From: Paragordius varius | Taxonomy: Eukaryota > Animalia > Nematomorpha | Length of the DNA: 64,000 nt | Direction: 5' to 3' | Assembly (NCBI GenBank): GCA_964247055.1 | Contig: OZ176050.1 | Coordinates: forward strand, 1,364,001 to 1,428,000 | Shown: positions 26,549 to 38,900 of the stretch, piece after piece | Numbering within the stretch: position 1 is the first letter of the stretch | Layout: every line of letters begins with the position of its first letter | Notes under the pieces: generated by a model | Seen by the model: only the letters and a program-made list of their open reading frames with translations | What the model was told of the DNA's origin: nothing | Database searches by the model: none | Translations under genes and position numbers: made by a program

Positions 26549-29500
26549 TAGTAAGACTACATCAAAATATAGAAATAGTTTGACAAACTCTTTCATATCC
26601 GATTTTTACAACGATACTTTAAAAATTAATGTATAAAACTAGTCGTATCAATAAATCGCATCAATACTCAAGTTAAATTTTGTCCTTAAAAATCGGATAT
26701 TGGTCACCGGTTAACAAAATTATTTTATATACATTCTCTTAGTAAGACTACATCAAAATATAGAGATAGTTTGACAAACTCTCTTATATCCGATTTTTAC
26801 AACGATACTTTATAAATTAATGTATAAAACTAGTCGCATCAATACTCAAATTAAACTTTGTCCTTAAAAATCGAATATTGGTCACCAATGAACAAAATTA
26901 TTTTTTATACATTCTCTTAGTAAGACTACATCAAAATATAGAAATATTTTGACAAACTCTTTCATATCCGATTTTTACAACGATACTTTAAAAATTAATG
27001 TATTAAACTAGTCGCATCAATACTCAAGCTAAACATTGTTCTTAAAAATCGGATATTGGTCACCGGTGAACAAAATTATTTTTTATACATTCTCTTAGCA
27101 AGACTACATCAAAATATAGAGATAGTTTGACAAACTCTTTCATATCCGATTTTTACAACGATACTTTAAAAATTAATGTATAAAACTAGTCGCATCAATA
27201 CTCAAGTTAAACTTTGTGCTTAAAAATCGAATATACCGGTGAACAAAATTATTTTTTATACATTCTCTTAGCAAGACTACATCAAAATATAGAGATAGTT
27301 TGACAAACTCTTTCATATCCGATTTTTACAACGATACTTTATAAATTAATGTATAAAACTAGTCGTATCAATAAATCGCACCAATACTCAAGTTAAACTT
27401 TGTCCTTAAAAATCGGATTTTGATCACCGGTGAACAAAATTATTTTTTATACATTCTCTTAGTAGGACTACATCAAAATATAGAGATAGTTTGGCAAACT
27501 CTTTCATATCCGATTTTTAAAACGATACTTTAAAAATTAATGTATAAAACTAGTCGCATCAATACTCAAGTTAAATTTTGTCCTTAAAAATGGGATATTG
27601 GTCACCGGTGAACAAAATTATTTTTTATACATTCTCTTAGTAGGACTATATCAAAATATAGATATATTTGACAAACTCTTTCATATCCGATTTTTACAAC
27701 GATACTTTAAAAATTAATGTATTAAACTACTCGCATCAATACTCAAGTTAAACTTTGTCCTTAAAAATCGGATATTGGTCACCGGTGAACAAAATTATTT
27801 TTTATACATTCTCTTAGTAATACTACATCAAAATATAGAGATAGTTTGACCTCTTTCATATCCGATTTTTACAACGATACTTTAAAAATTAATGTATAAA
27901 ACTAGTCGCATCAATACTCAAGTTAAACTTTGTCCTTAAAAATCGGATATTGGTCACCGGTGAACAAAATAATTTTTTATACATTCTCTTAGTAGGACTA
28001 CATCAAAATATAGAGATAGCTTGACAAACTCTTTCATATCTGATTTTTACAACGATACTTTAAAAATTAATGTATAAAACTAGTCGCATCAATACTCAGT
28101 CCTTAAAAATCGGATATTGGTCACCGATGAACAAAATTATTTTTTATACATTCTCTTAGTAAGACTACATCAAAATATAGAAATAGTTTGACAAACTCTT
28201 TCATATCCAATTTTTACAACGATACTTTAAAAATTAATGTATTAAACTAGTCGCATCAATACTCAAGTTAAACTTTGTCCCAAAAATCGGATATTGGTCA
28301 CCGGTGAACAAAATTATTTTTTATACATTCTCTTAGCAAGACTACATCAAAATATAGAGATAGTTTGACAAACTCTTTCATATCCGATTTTTACAACGAT
28401 ACTTTATAAATTAATGTATAAAACTAGTCGTATCAATAAATCGCATCAATACTCAAGTTAAACTTTGTCCTTTAAAATCGGATTTTGATCACCGGTGAAC
28501 AAAATTATTTTTTATACATTCTCTTAGTAGGACTACATCAAAATATAGAGATAGTTTGGCAAACTCTTTCATATCCGATTTTTAAAACGATACTTTAAAA
28601 ATTAATGTATAAAACTAGTCGCATCAATACTCAAGTTAAACTTTGTCCTTAAAAATCGGATATTGGTCACCGGTGAACAAAATTATTTTTTATACATTCT
28701 CTTAGTAGGACTACATCAAAATATAGAGATAGTTTGGCAAACTCTTTCATATCCGATTTTTACAACGATACTTTAAAAATTAATGTATAAAACTAGTCGC
28801 ATCAATACTCAAGTTAAACTTTGTCCTTAAAAATCGGATATTGGTCACCGGTGAACAAAATAATTTTTTATACATTCTCTTAGTAAGACTACATCAAAAT
28901 ATAGAGATAGCTTGACAAACTCTTTCATATCTGATTTTTACAACGATACTTTAAAAATTAATGTATAAAACTAGTCGCATCAATACTCAGTCTTAAAAAT
29001 CGGATATTGGTCACCGGTGAACAAAATTATTTTTTATACATTCTCTTAGTAAGACTACATCAAAATATAGAAATAGTTTGACAAACTCTTTCATATCCAA
29101 TTTTTACAACGATACTTTAAAAATTAATGTATTAAACTAGTCGCATCAATACTCAAGTTAAACTTTGTCCTTAAAAATCGGATATTGGTCACCGGTGAAC
29201 AAAATTATTTTTTATACATTCTCATAGTAGGACTACATCAAAATATAGAGATAGTTTGGCAAACTCTTTCATATCCGATTTTTAAAACGATACTTTAAAA
29301 ATTAATGTATAAAACTAGTCGCATCAATACTCAAGTTAAACTTTGTCATTAAACGAATATTGGTCACCGGTGAATAAAATTATTTTTTATACATTCTCTT
29401 AGTAAGACTACATCAAAATATAGAAATATTTTGACAAACTCTTTCATATCTTTTTACAACGATACTTTAAAAATTAATGTATTAAACTAGTCGCATCAAT

Positions 29501-32500
29501 ACTCAAGCTAAACATTGTAATTAAAAATCGGATATTGGTCACCGGTGAACAAAATTATTTTTTATAAATTCTCTTAGCAAGACTACATCAAAATATAGAG
29601 ATAGTTTGACAAATTCTTTCATATCCGATTTTTACAACGATACTTTAAAAATTAATGTATAAAACTAGTCGCATCAATACTCAAGTTAAACTTTGTCCTT
29701 AAAAATGGGATATTGGTCACCGGTGAACAAAACTATTTTTTATACTTTCTCTTAGTAAGACTACATCAAAATATAGAGATAGTTTGACCTCTTTCATATC
29801 CGATTTTTACAACGATACTTTAAAAATTAATGTATAAAACTAGTCGCATCAATACTCAAGTAAAACTTTGTCCTAAAAAATCGGATATTGGTCACCGGTG
29901 AACAAAATTATTTTTTATATATTCTCTTAGTAAGACCACATCAAAATATAGAGATAGTTTGACCTCTTTCATATCCGATTTTTACAACATACTTTAAAAA
30001 TTAATGTATAAAACTAGTCGCATCAATACTCAAGTTAAACTTTGTCCTTAAAAATCGAATATTGGTCACCGGTGAACAAAATTATTTTTTATACATTCTC
30101 TTAGTAAGACTACATCAAAATATAGAGATAGTTTGACAAATTCATTCATATCCGATTTTTACAACGATACTTTAAAAATTAATGTATAAAACTAGTCGCA
30201 TCAATACTCAAGTTAAACTTTGTCCTTAAAAACCGGATATTGGTCACCGGTGGAAAAAAATATTTTGTATACTTTCTCTTAGCAAGACTACATCAAAATA
30301 TAGAGATAGTTTGACAAACTCTATATCCGATTTTTACAACGATACTTTAAAAATTAATGTATAAAACTAGTCGCATCAATACTCAAGTTAAACTTTGTCC
30401 TTAAAAATCGGATATTGGTCACCGGTGAACAAAATTATTTTTTATACATTCTCTTAGTAGGACTACATCAAAATATAGAGATAGTTTGGCAAACTCTTTC
30501 ATATCCGATTTTTACAACGATACTTTAAAAATTAATGTATAAAACTAGTCGCATCAATACTCAAGTTAAACTTTGTCCTTAAAAATCGGATATTGGTCAC
30601 CGGTGAACAAAATAATTTTTTATACATTCTCTTAGTAAGACTACATCAAAATATAGAGATAGCTTGACAAACTCTTTCATATCTGATTTTTACAACGATA
30701 CTTTAAAAATTAATGTATAAAACTAGTCGCATCAATACTCAGTCTTAAAAATCGGATATTGGTCACCGGTGAACAAAATTATTTTTTATACATTCTCTTA
30801 GTAAGACTACATCAAAATATAGAAATAGTTTGACAAACTCTTTCATATCCAATTTTTACAACGATACTTTAAAAATTAATGTATAAAACTAGTCTCATCA
30901 ATACTCAAGTTAAACTTTGTCCTTAAAAATCGAATATACAGGTGAACAAAATTATATTTTATATATTCTCTTAGTAGGACTACATCAAAATTTAGAGATA
31001 GTTTGGCAAACTCTCTCATATCCGATTTTTACAACGATCCTTTAAAAAATAATGTATAAAACTAGTCGCATCAAGTAAAACTTTGTCCTAAAAAATCGGA
31101 TATTGGTCACCGGTGAACAAAACTATTTTTTATACATTCTCTTAGTAAGACTACATCAAAATATAGAGATAGTTTGACAAACTCTTTCATATCCGATTTT
31201 TACAACGATATTTAAAAATTAATGTATAAAACTAGTCGCATCAATACTCAAGTTAAACTTTGTTATTAAAAATCGGATATTGGTCACCGGTGAACAAAAT
31301 TATTTTTTATACATTCTCTTAGTAGGACTACATCAAAATACAGAGATAGTTTGGCAAACTCTTTCATATCCGATTTTTACAACGATACTTTAAAAATTAA
31401 TGTATAAAACTAGTCGCATCAATACTCAAGTTAAACTTTGTCCTTAAAAACCGGATATTGGTCACCGGTGAACAAAATTATTTTTTATACATTCTCTTAG
31501 TAAGACTACATCAAAATATAGGGATAGTTTGACAAACTCTTTCATATCCGATTTTTACAACGATACTTTAAAAAATAATGTATTAAACTAATCGCATCAA
31601 TACTCAAGTTAAACTTTGTCCTTAAAAATCGAATATTGGTCACCGGTGAACAAAATTATTTTTTATACATTCTCTTAATAAGACCACATCAAAATATAGA
31701 GATAGTTTGACCTCTTTCATATCCGATTTTTACAACATACTTTAAAAATTAATGTATAAAACTAGTCGCATCAATACTCAAGTTAAACTTTGTCCTTAAA
31801 AATCGGATATTGGTCACCGGTGAACAAAATTATTTTTTATACATTCTCTTAGTAAGACTACATCAAAATATAGAGATAGTTTGAAAAACTCTTTCATATC
31901 CGATTTTTACAACGATTCTTTAAAAATTAATGTATTAAACTAGTCGCATCAATACTCAAGTTAAACTTTATCCTTAAAAATCAGATATTGGTCACCGGTG
32001 GAAAAAAATATTTTGTATACTTTCTCTTAGCAAGACTACATCAAAATATAGAGATAGTTTGACAAACTCTATATCCGATTTTTACAACGATACTTTAAAA
32101 ATTAATGTATAAAACTAGTCGCATCAATACTCAAGTTAAACTTTGTCCTTAAAAATCGAATATACAGGTGAACAAAATTATTTTTTATACATTCTCTTAG
32201 TAGGACTACATCAAAATTTAGAGATAGTTTGGCAAACTCTCTCATATCCGATTTTTAAAACGATACTTTAAAAATTAATGTATAAAACTAGTCGCATCAA
32301 TACTCAAGTTAAACTTTGTCCTTAAAAATCGAATATTGGTCACTAGTGAACAAAATTATTTTTTATACATTCTCTTAGTAAGACTACATCAAAATATAGA
32401 GATAGTTTGACCTCTTTCATATCAGATTTTTACAACATACTTTAAAAATTAATGTATAAAACTAGTCGCATCAATACTCAAGTAAAACTTTGTCCTAAAA

Positions 32501-32901
32501 AATCGGATATTGGTCACCGGTGAACAAAATTATTTTTTATACATTCTCTTAGTAAGACTACATCAAAATATAGAGATAGTTTGACCTCTTTCATATCAGA
32601 TTTTTACAACGATACTTTAAAAATTAATGTATAAAACTAGTCGCATCAATACTCAAGTTTAATTTTGTCCTTAAAAATGGGATATTGGTCACCGGTGAAC
32701 AAAACTATTTTTTATACATTCTCTTAGTAAGACTACATCAAAATATAGAGATAGTTTGACAAACTCTTTCATATCCGATTTTTACAACGATATTTAAAAA
32801 TTAATGTATAAAACTAGTCGCATCAATACTCAAGTTAAACTTTGTTATTAAAAATCGGATATTGGTCACCGGTGAACAAAATTATTTTTTATACATTCTC
32901 T

Positions 32902-35900
32902 TAGTAGGACTACATCAAAATACAGAGATAGTTTGGCAAACTCTTTCATATCCGATTTTTACAACGATACTTTAAAAATTAATGTATAAAACTAGTCGCA
33001 TCAATACTCAAGTTAAACTTTGTCCTTATAAACCATATATTGGTCACCGGTGAACAAAATTATTTTTTATACATTCTCTTAGTAAGACTACATCAAAATA
33101 TAGAGATAGTTTGACAAACTCTTTCATATCCGATTTTTACAACGATACTTTAAAAAATAATGTATTAAACTAATCGCATCAATACTCAAGTTAAACATAG
33201 TCCTTAAAAATCGAATATTGGTCACCGGTGAACAAAATTATTTTTTATACATTCTCTTAGTAAGACTACATCAAAATATAGAGATAGTTTGACAAATTCA
33301 TTCATATCCGATTTTTACAACGATACTTTAAAAATTATTAAAACTAGTCTCATCAATACTCAAGTTAAACTTTGTCCTTAAAAATCGAATATACAGGTAA
33401 ACAAAATTATATTTTATACATTCTCTTAGTAGGACTACATCAAAATTTAGAGATAGTTTGGCAAACTCTCTCATATCCGATTTTTAAAACGATACTTTAA
33501 AAATTAATGTATAAAACTAGTCGCATCAATACTCAAGTTAAACTTTGTCCTTAAAAATCGAATATTGGTCACTAGTGAACAAAATTATTTTTTATACATT
33601 CTCTTAGTAAGACTACATCAAAATATAGAGATAGTTTGACAAACTCTTTCATATCCGATTTTTACAACGATACTTTAAAAATTAATGTGTTAAACTAGTC
33701 GTATCAATACTCAAGTTAAACTTTGTCCTTAAAAATCGAATATTGGTCACCGGTGAACAAAATTATTTTTTAAACATTCTCTTAGTAAGACTACATCAAA
33801 ATATAGAGATAGTTTGACAAACTCTTTAATATCCGATTTTTACAACGATACTTTAAAAATTAATGTATTAAACTAGTCGCATCAATACTCAAGCTAAACA
33901 TTGTCCTTAAAAATCGGATATTGTCACCGGTGAACTAAATTATTTTGTATACATTCTCTTAGCAAGACTACATCAAAATATAGAGATAGTTTGACAAACT
34001 CTTTCATATCCGATTTTTACAATAATACTTTAAAAATTAATGTATAAAACTAGTCGCATGATTACTCAAGTTAAACTTTGTCCTAAAAAATCGGATATTG
34101 GTCACCGGTGAACAAAATTATTTTTTATACATTCTCTTAGTAAGACTACATCAAAATATAGAGATAGTTTGACCTCTTTCATATCAGATTTTTACAACAT
34201 ACTTTAAAAATTAATGTATAAAACTAGTCGCATCAATACTCAAGTTTAATTTTGTCCTTAAAATGGGATATTGGTCATCGGTGAACAAAATTATTTTTTA
34301 TACATTCTCTTAGTAAGACTACATCAAAATATAGAGATAGTTTGAAAAACTCTTTCATATCCGATTTTTACAACGATACTTTAAAAATTAATGTATAAAA
34401 CTAGTCGCATCAATACTCAAGTAAAACTTTGTCCTAAAAAATCGGATATTGGTCACCGGTGAACAAAATTATTTTTTATACATTCTCTTAGTAAGACTAC
34501 ATCAAAATATAGAGATAGTTTGACCTCTTTCATATCAGATTTTTACAACATACTTTAAAAATTAATGTATAAAACTAGTCGCATCAATACTCAAGTTTAA
34601 TTTTGTCCTTAAAAATGGGATATTGGTCACCGGTGAACAAAATTATTTTTTATACATTCTCTTAGTAAGACTACATCAAAATATAGAGATAGTTTGAAAA
34701 ACTCTTTCATATCCGATTTTTACAACGATACTTTAAAAATTAATGTATAAAACTAGTCGCATCAATATTCAAGCTAAACATTGTCCTTAAAAATCGGATA
34801 TTGGTCACCGGTGAACAAAACTATTTTTTATACATTCTCTTAGTAGGACTACATCAAAATACAGAGATAGTTTGGCAAACTCTTTCATATCCGATTTTTA
34901 CAACGATACTTTAAAAATTAATGTATAAAACTAGTCGCATCAATACTCAAGTTAAACTTTGTCCTTAAAAACCGGATATTGGTCACCGGTGAACAAAATT
35001 ATTTTTTATACATTCTCTTAGCAAGACTACATCAAAATATAGAGATAGTTTGACAAACTCTTTCATATCCGATTTTTACAACGATACTTTAAAAATTAAT
35101 GTATAAAACTAGTCGTATCAATAAATCGCATCAATACTCAAGTTAAACTTTGTCCTTAAAAATCGAATATACCCGTGAACAAAATTATTTTTTATACATT
35201 CTCTTAGTAGGAGTACATAAAAATATAAAGATAGTTTGACAAACTCTTTCATATCCGATTTTTACAACGATACTTTAAAAATTATGGTATTAAACCAGTC
35301 GCACCAATACTCAAGTTAAACTTTGTCCTTAAAAATCGGATATTGGTCACCGGTGAACAAAATTATTTTTTATACATTCTCTTAGTAAGACTACATCAAA
35401 ATATAGAGATAGTTTGACAAACTCTTTCATATCCGATTTTTACAACGATACTTTAAAAATTAATGTATTAAACTAGTCGCATCAATACTCAAGCTAAACA
35501 TTGTCCTTAAAAATCGGATATTGGTCACCGGTGAACAAAACTATTTTTTATACATTCTCTTAGTAAGACTACATCAAAATATAGAGATAGTTTGACAAAC
35601 TCTTTCACATCCGATTTTTACAACGATACTTTAAAAATTAATGTATAAAACTAGTCGTCTCAATAAATCGCATCAATACTCAAGTTAAACTTTGTCCTTA
35701 AAAATCGGATATTGGTCACCGGTGAACAAAATTATTTTTTATCCATTCTCTTAGTAGGACTACATCAAAATATAGAGATAGTTTGGCAAACTCTTTCATA
35801 TTCGATTTTTACAACGATACATTAAAAATTATGGTATTAAACCAGTCGCATCAATACTCAAGTTAAACTTTGTCCTTAAAAATCGAATATTGGTCACTAG

Positions 35901-38900
35901 TGAACAAAATTATTTTTTATACATTCTCTTAGTAAGACTATATCAAAATATAGAGATAGTTTGACAAACTCTTTCATATCCGATTTTTACAACGATACTT
36001 TAAAAATTAATGTGTTAAACTAGTCGCATCAATACTCAAGTTAAACTTTGTCCTTAAAAATCGAATATTGGTCACCGGTTAACAAAATTATTTTTTAAGC
36101 ATTCTCTTAGTAAGACTACATCAAAATATAGAGATAGTTTGACAAACTCTTTCATATCCGATTTTTACAACGATACTTTAAAAATTAATGTATAAAACTA
36201 GTCGCATCAATACTCAAGTTAAACTTTGTCCTTAAAAATCGGATATTGGTCACCGGTGAACAAAACTATTTTTTATACATTCTCTTAGTAAGACTACATC
36301 AAAATATAGAGATAGTTTGACCTCTTTCATATCCGATTTTTACAACGATACTTTAAAAATTAATGTATAAAACTAGTCGCATCAATACTCAAGTAAAACT
36401 TTGTCCTAAAAAATCGGAAATTGGTCACCGGTGAACAAAATTATTTTTTATACATTCTCTTAGTAAGACTACATCAAAATATAGAGATAGTTTGACCTCT
36501 TTCATATCAGATTTTTACAACATACTTTAAAAATTAATGTATAAAACTAGTCGCATCAATACTCAAGTTTAATTTTGTCCTTAAAAATGGGATATTGGTC
36601 ACCGGTGAACAAAATTATTTTTTATACATTCTCTTAGTAAGACTACATCAAAATATAGAGATAGTTTGAAAAACTCTTTCATATCCGATTTTTACAACGA
36701 TACTTTAAAAATTAATGTATAAAACTAGTCGCATCAATACTCAAGCTAAACATTGTCTTAAAAATCGGATATTGGTCACCGGTGAACAAAACTATTTTTT
36801 ATACATTCTCTTAGTAAGACTACATCAAAATATAGAGATAGTTTGACAAACTCTTTCATATCCGATTTTTACAACGATATTTAAAAATTAATGTATAAAA
36901 CTAGTCGCATCAATACTCAAGTTAAACTTTGTTATTAAAAATCGGATATTGGTCACCGGTGAACAAAATTATTTTTTATACATTCTCTTAGTAGGACTAC
37001 ATCAAAATACAGAGATAGTTTGGCAAACTCTTTCATATCCGATTTTTACAACGATACTTTAAAAATTAATGTATAAAACTAGTCGCATCAATACTCAAGT
37101 TAAACTTTGTCCTTAAAAACCGGATATTGGTCACCGGTGAACAAAATTATTTTTTATACATTCTCTTAGCAAGACTACATCAAAATATAGAGATAGTTTG
37201 ACAAACTCTTTCATATCCGATTTTTACAACGATACTTTAAAAATTAATGTATAAAACTAGTCGTATCAATAAATCGCATCAATACTCAAGTTAAACTTTG
37301 TCCTTAAAAATCGGATATTGGTCACCGGTGAACAAAATTATTTTTTATACATTCTCTTAGTAGGACTACATCAAAATATAGAGATAGTTTGGCAAACTCT
37401 TTCATATCCGATTTTTACAACGATACTTTAAAAATTATGGTATTAAACCAGTCGTATCAATACTCAAGTTAAACTTTGTCCTTAAAAATCGGATATTGGT
37501 CACCGGTGAACAAAATTATTTTTTATACATTCTCTTAGTAAGACTACATCAAAATATAGAGATAGTTTGACAAATTCATTCATATCCGATTTTTACAACG
37601 ATATTATAAAAATTATTAAAACTAGTCCCATCAATACTCAAGTTAAACTTTGTCCTTAAAAATCGAATATACCCGTGAACAAAATTATTTTTTATACATT
37701 CTCTTAGTAAGACTACATCAAAATATAGAGATAGTTTGATAAACTCTTTCATATCCGATTTTTACAACGATACTTTAAAAATTAATGTATTAAACTAGTC
37801 GCATCAATACTCAAGCTAAACATTGTCCTTAAAAATCGGATATTGGTCACCGGTGAACAAAACTATTTTTTATACATTCTCTTAGTAAGACTACATCAAA
37901 ATATAGAGATAGTTTGACAAACTCTTTCACATCCGATTTTTACAACGATACTTTAAAAATTAATGTATAAAACTAGTCGTATCAATAAATCGCATCAATA
38001 CTCAAGTTAAACTTTGTCCTTAAAAATCGGATATTGGTCACCGGTGAACAAAATTATTTTTTATACATTCTCTTAGTAGGACTACATCAAAATATAGAGA
38101 TAGTTTGGCAAACTCTTTCATATCCGATTTTTACAACGATACTTTAAAAATTAATGTATAAAACTAGTCGCATCAATACTCAAGTTAAACATTGTCCTTA
38201 AAAATCGGATATTGGTCACCGGTGAACAAAAATATTTTTTATACATTCTCTTAGTAAGACTACATCAAAATATAGAAATAGTTTGACAAACTCTTTCATA
38301 TCCGATTTTTACAACGATATTTAAAAATTAATGTATTAAACTAGTCGCATCAATACTCAAGCTAAACATTGTCCTTAAAAATCGGATATTTGTCACCGGT
38401 GAACAAAATTATTTTTTATACATTCTCTTAGTAAGACTACATCAAAATATAGAGATAGTTTGACAAACTCTTTCACATCCGATTTTTACAACGATACTTT
38501 AAAAATTAATGTATAAAACTAGTCGTATCAATAAATCGCATCAATACTCAAGTTAAACTTTGTCCTTAAAAATCGGATATTGGTCATCGGTGAACAAAAT
38601 TATTTTTTATACATTCTCTTAGTAGGACTACATCAAAATATAGAGATAGTTTGGCAAACTCTTTCATATCCGATTTTTACAACGATACTTTAAAAATTAA
38701 TGTATAAAACTAGTCGCATCAATACTCAAGTTAAACATTGTCCTTAAAAATCGGATATTGGTCACCGGTGAACAAAATTATTTTTTATACATTCTCTTAG
38801 TAAGACTACATCAAAATATAGAAATAGTTTGACAAACTCTTTCATATCCGATTTTTACAACGATATTTAAAAATTAATGTATTAAACTAGTCGCATCAAT

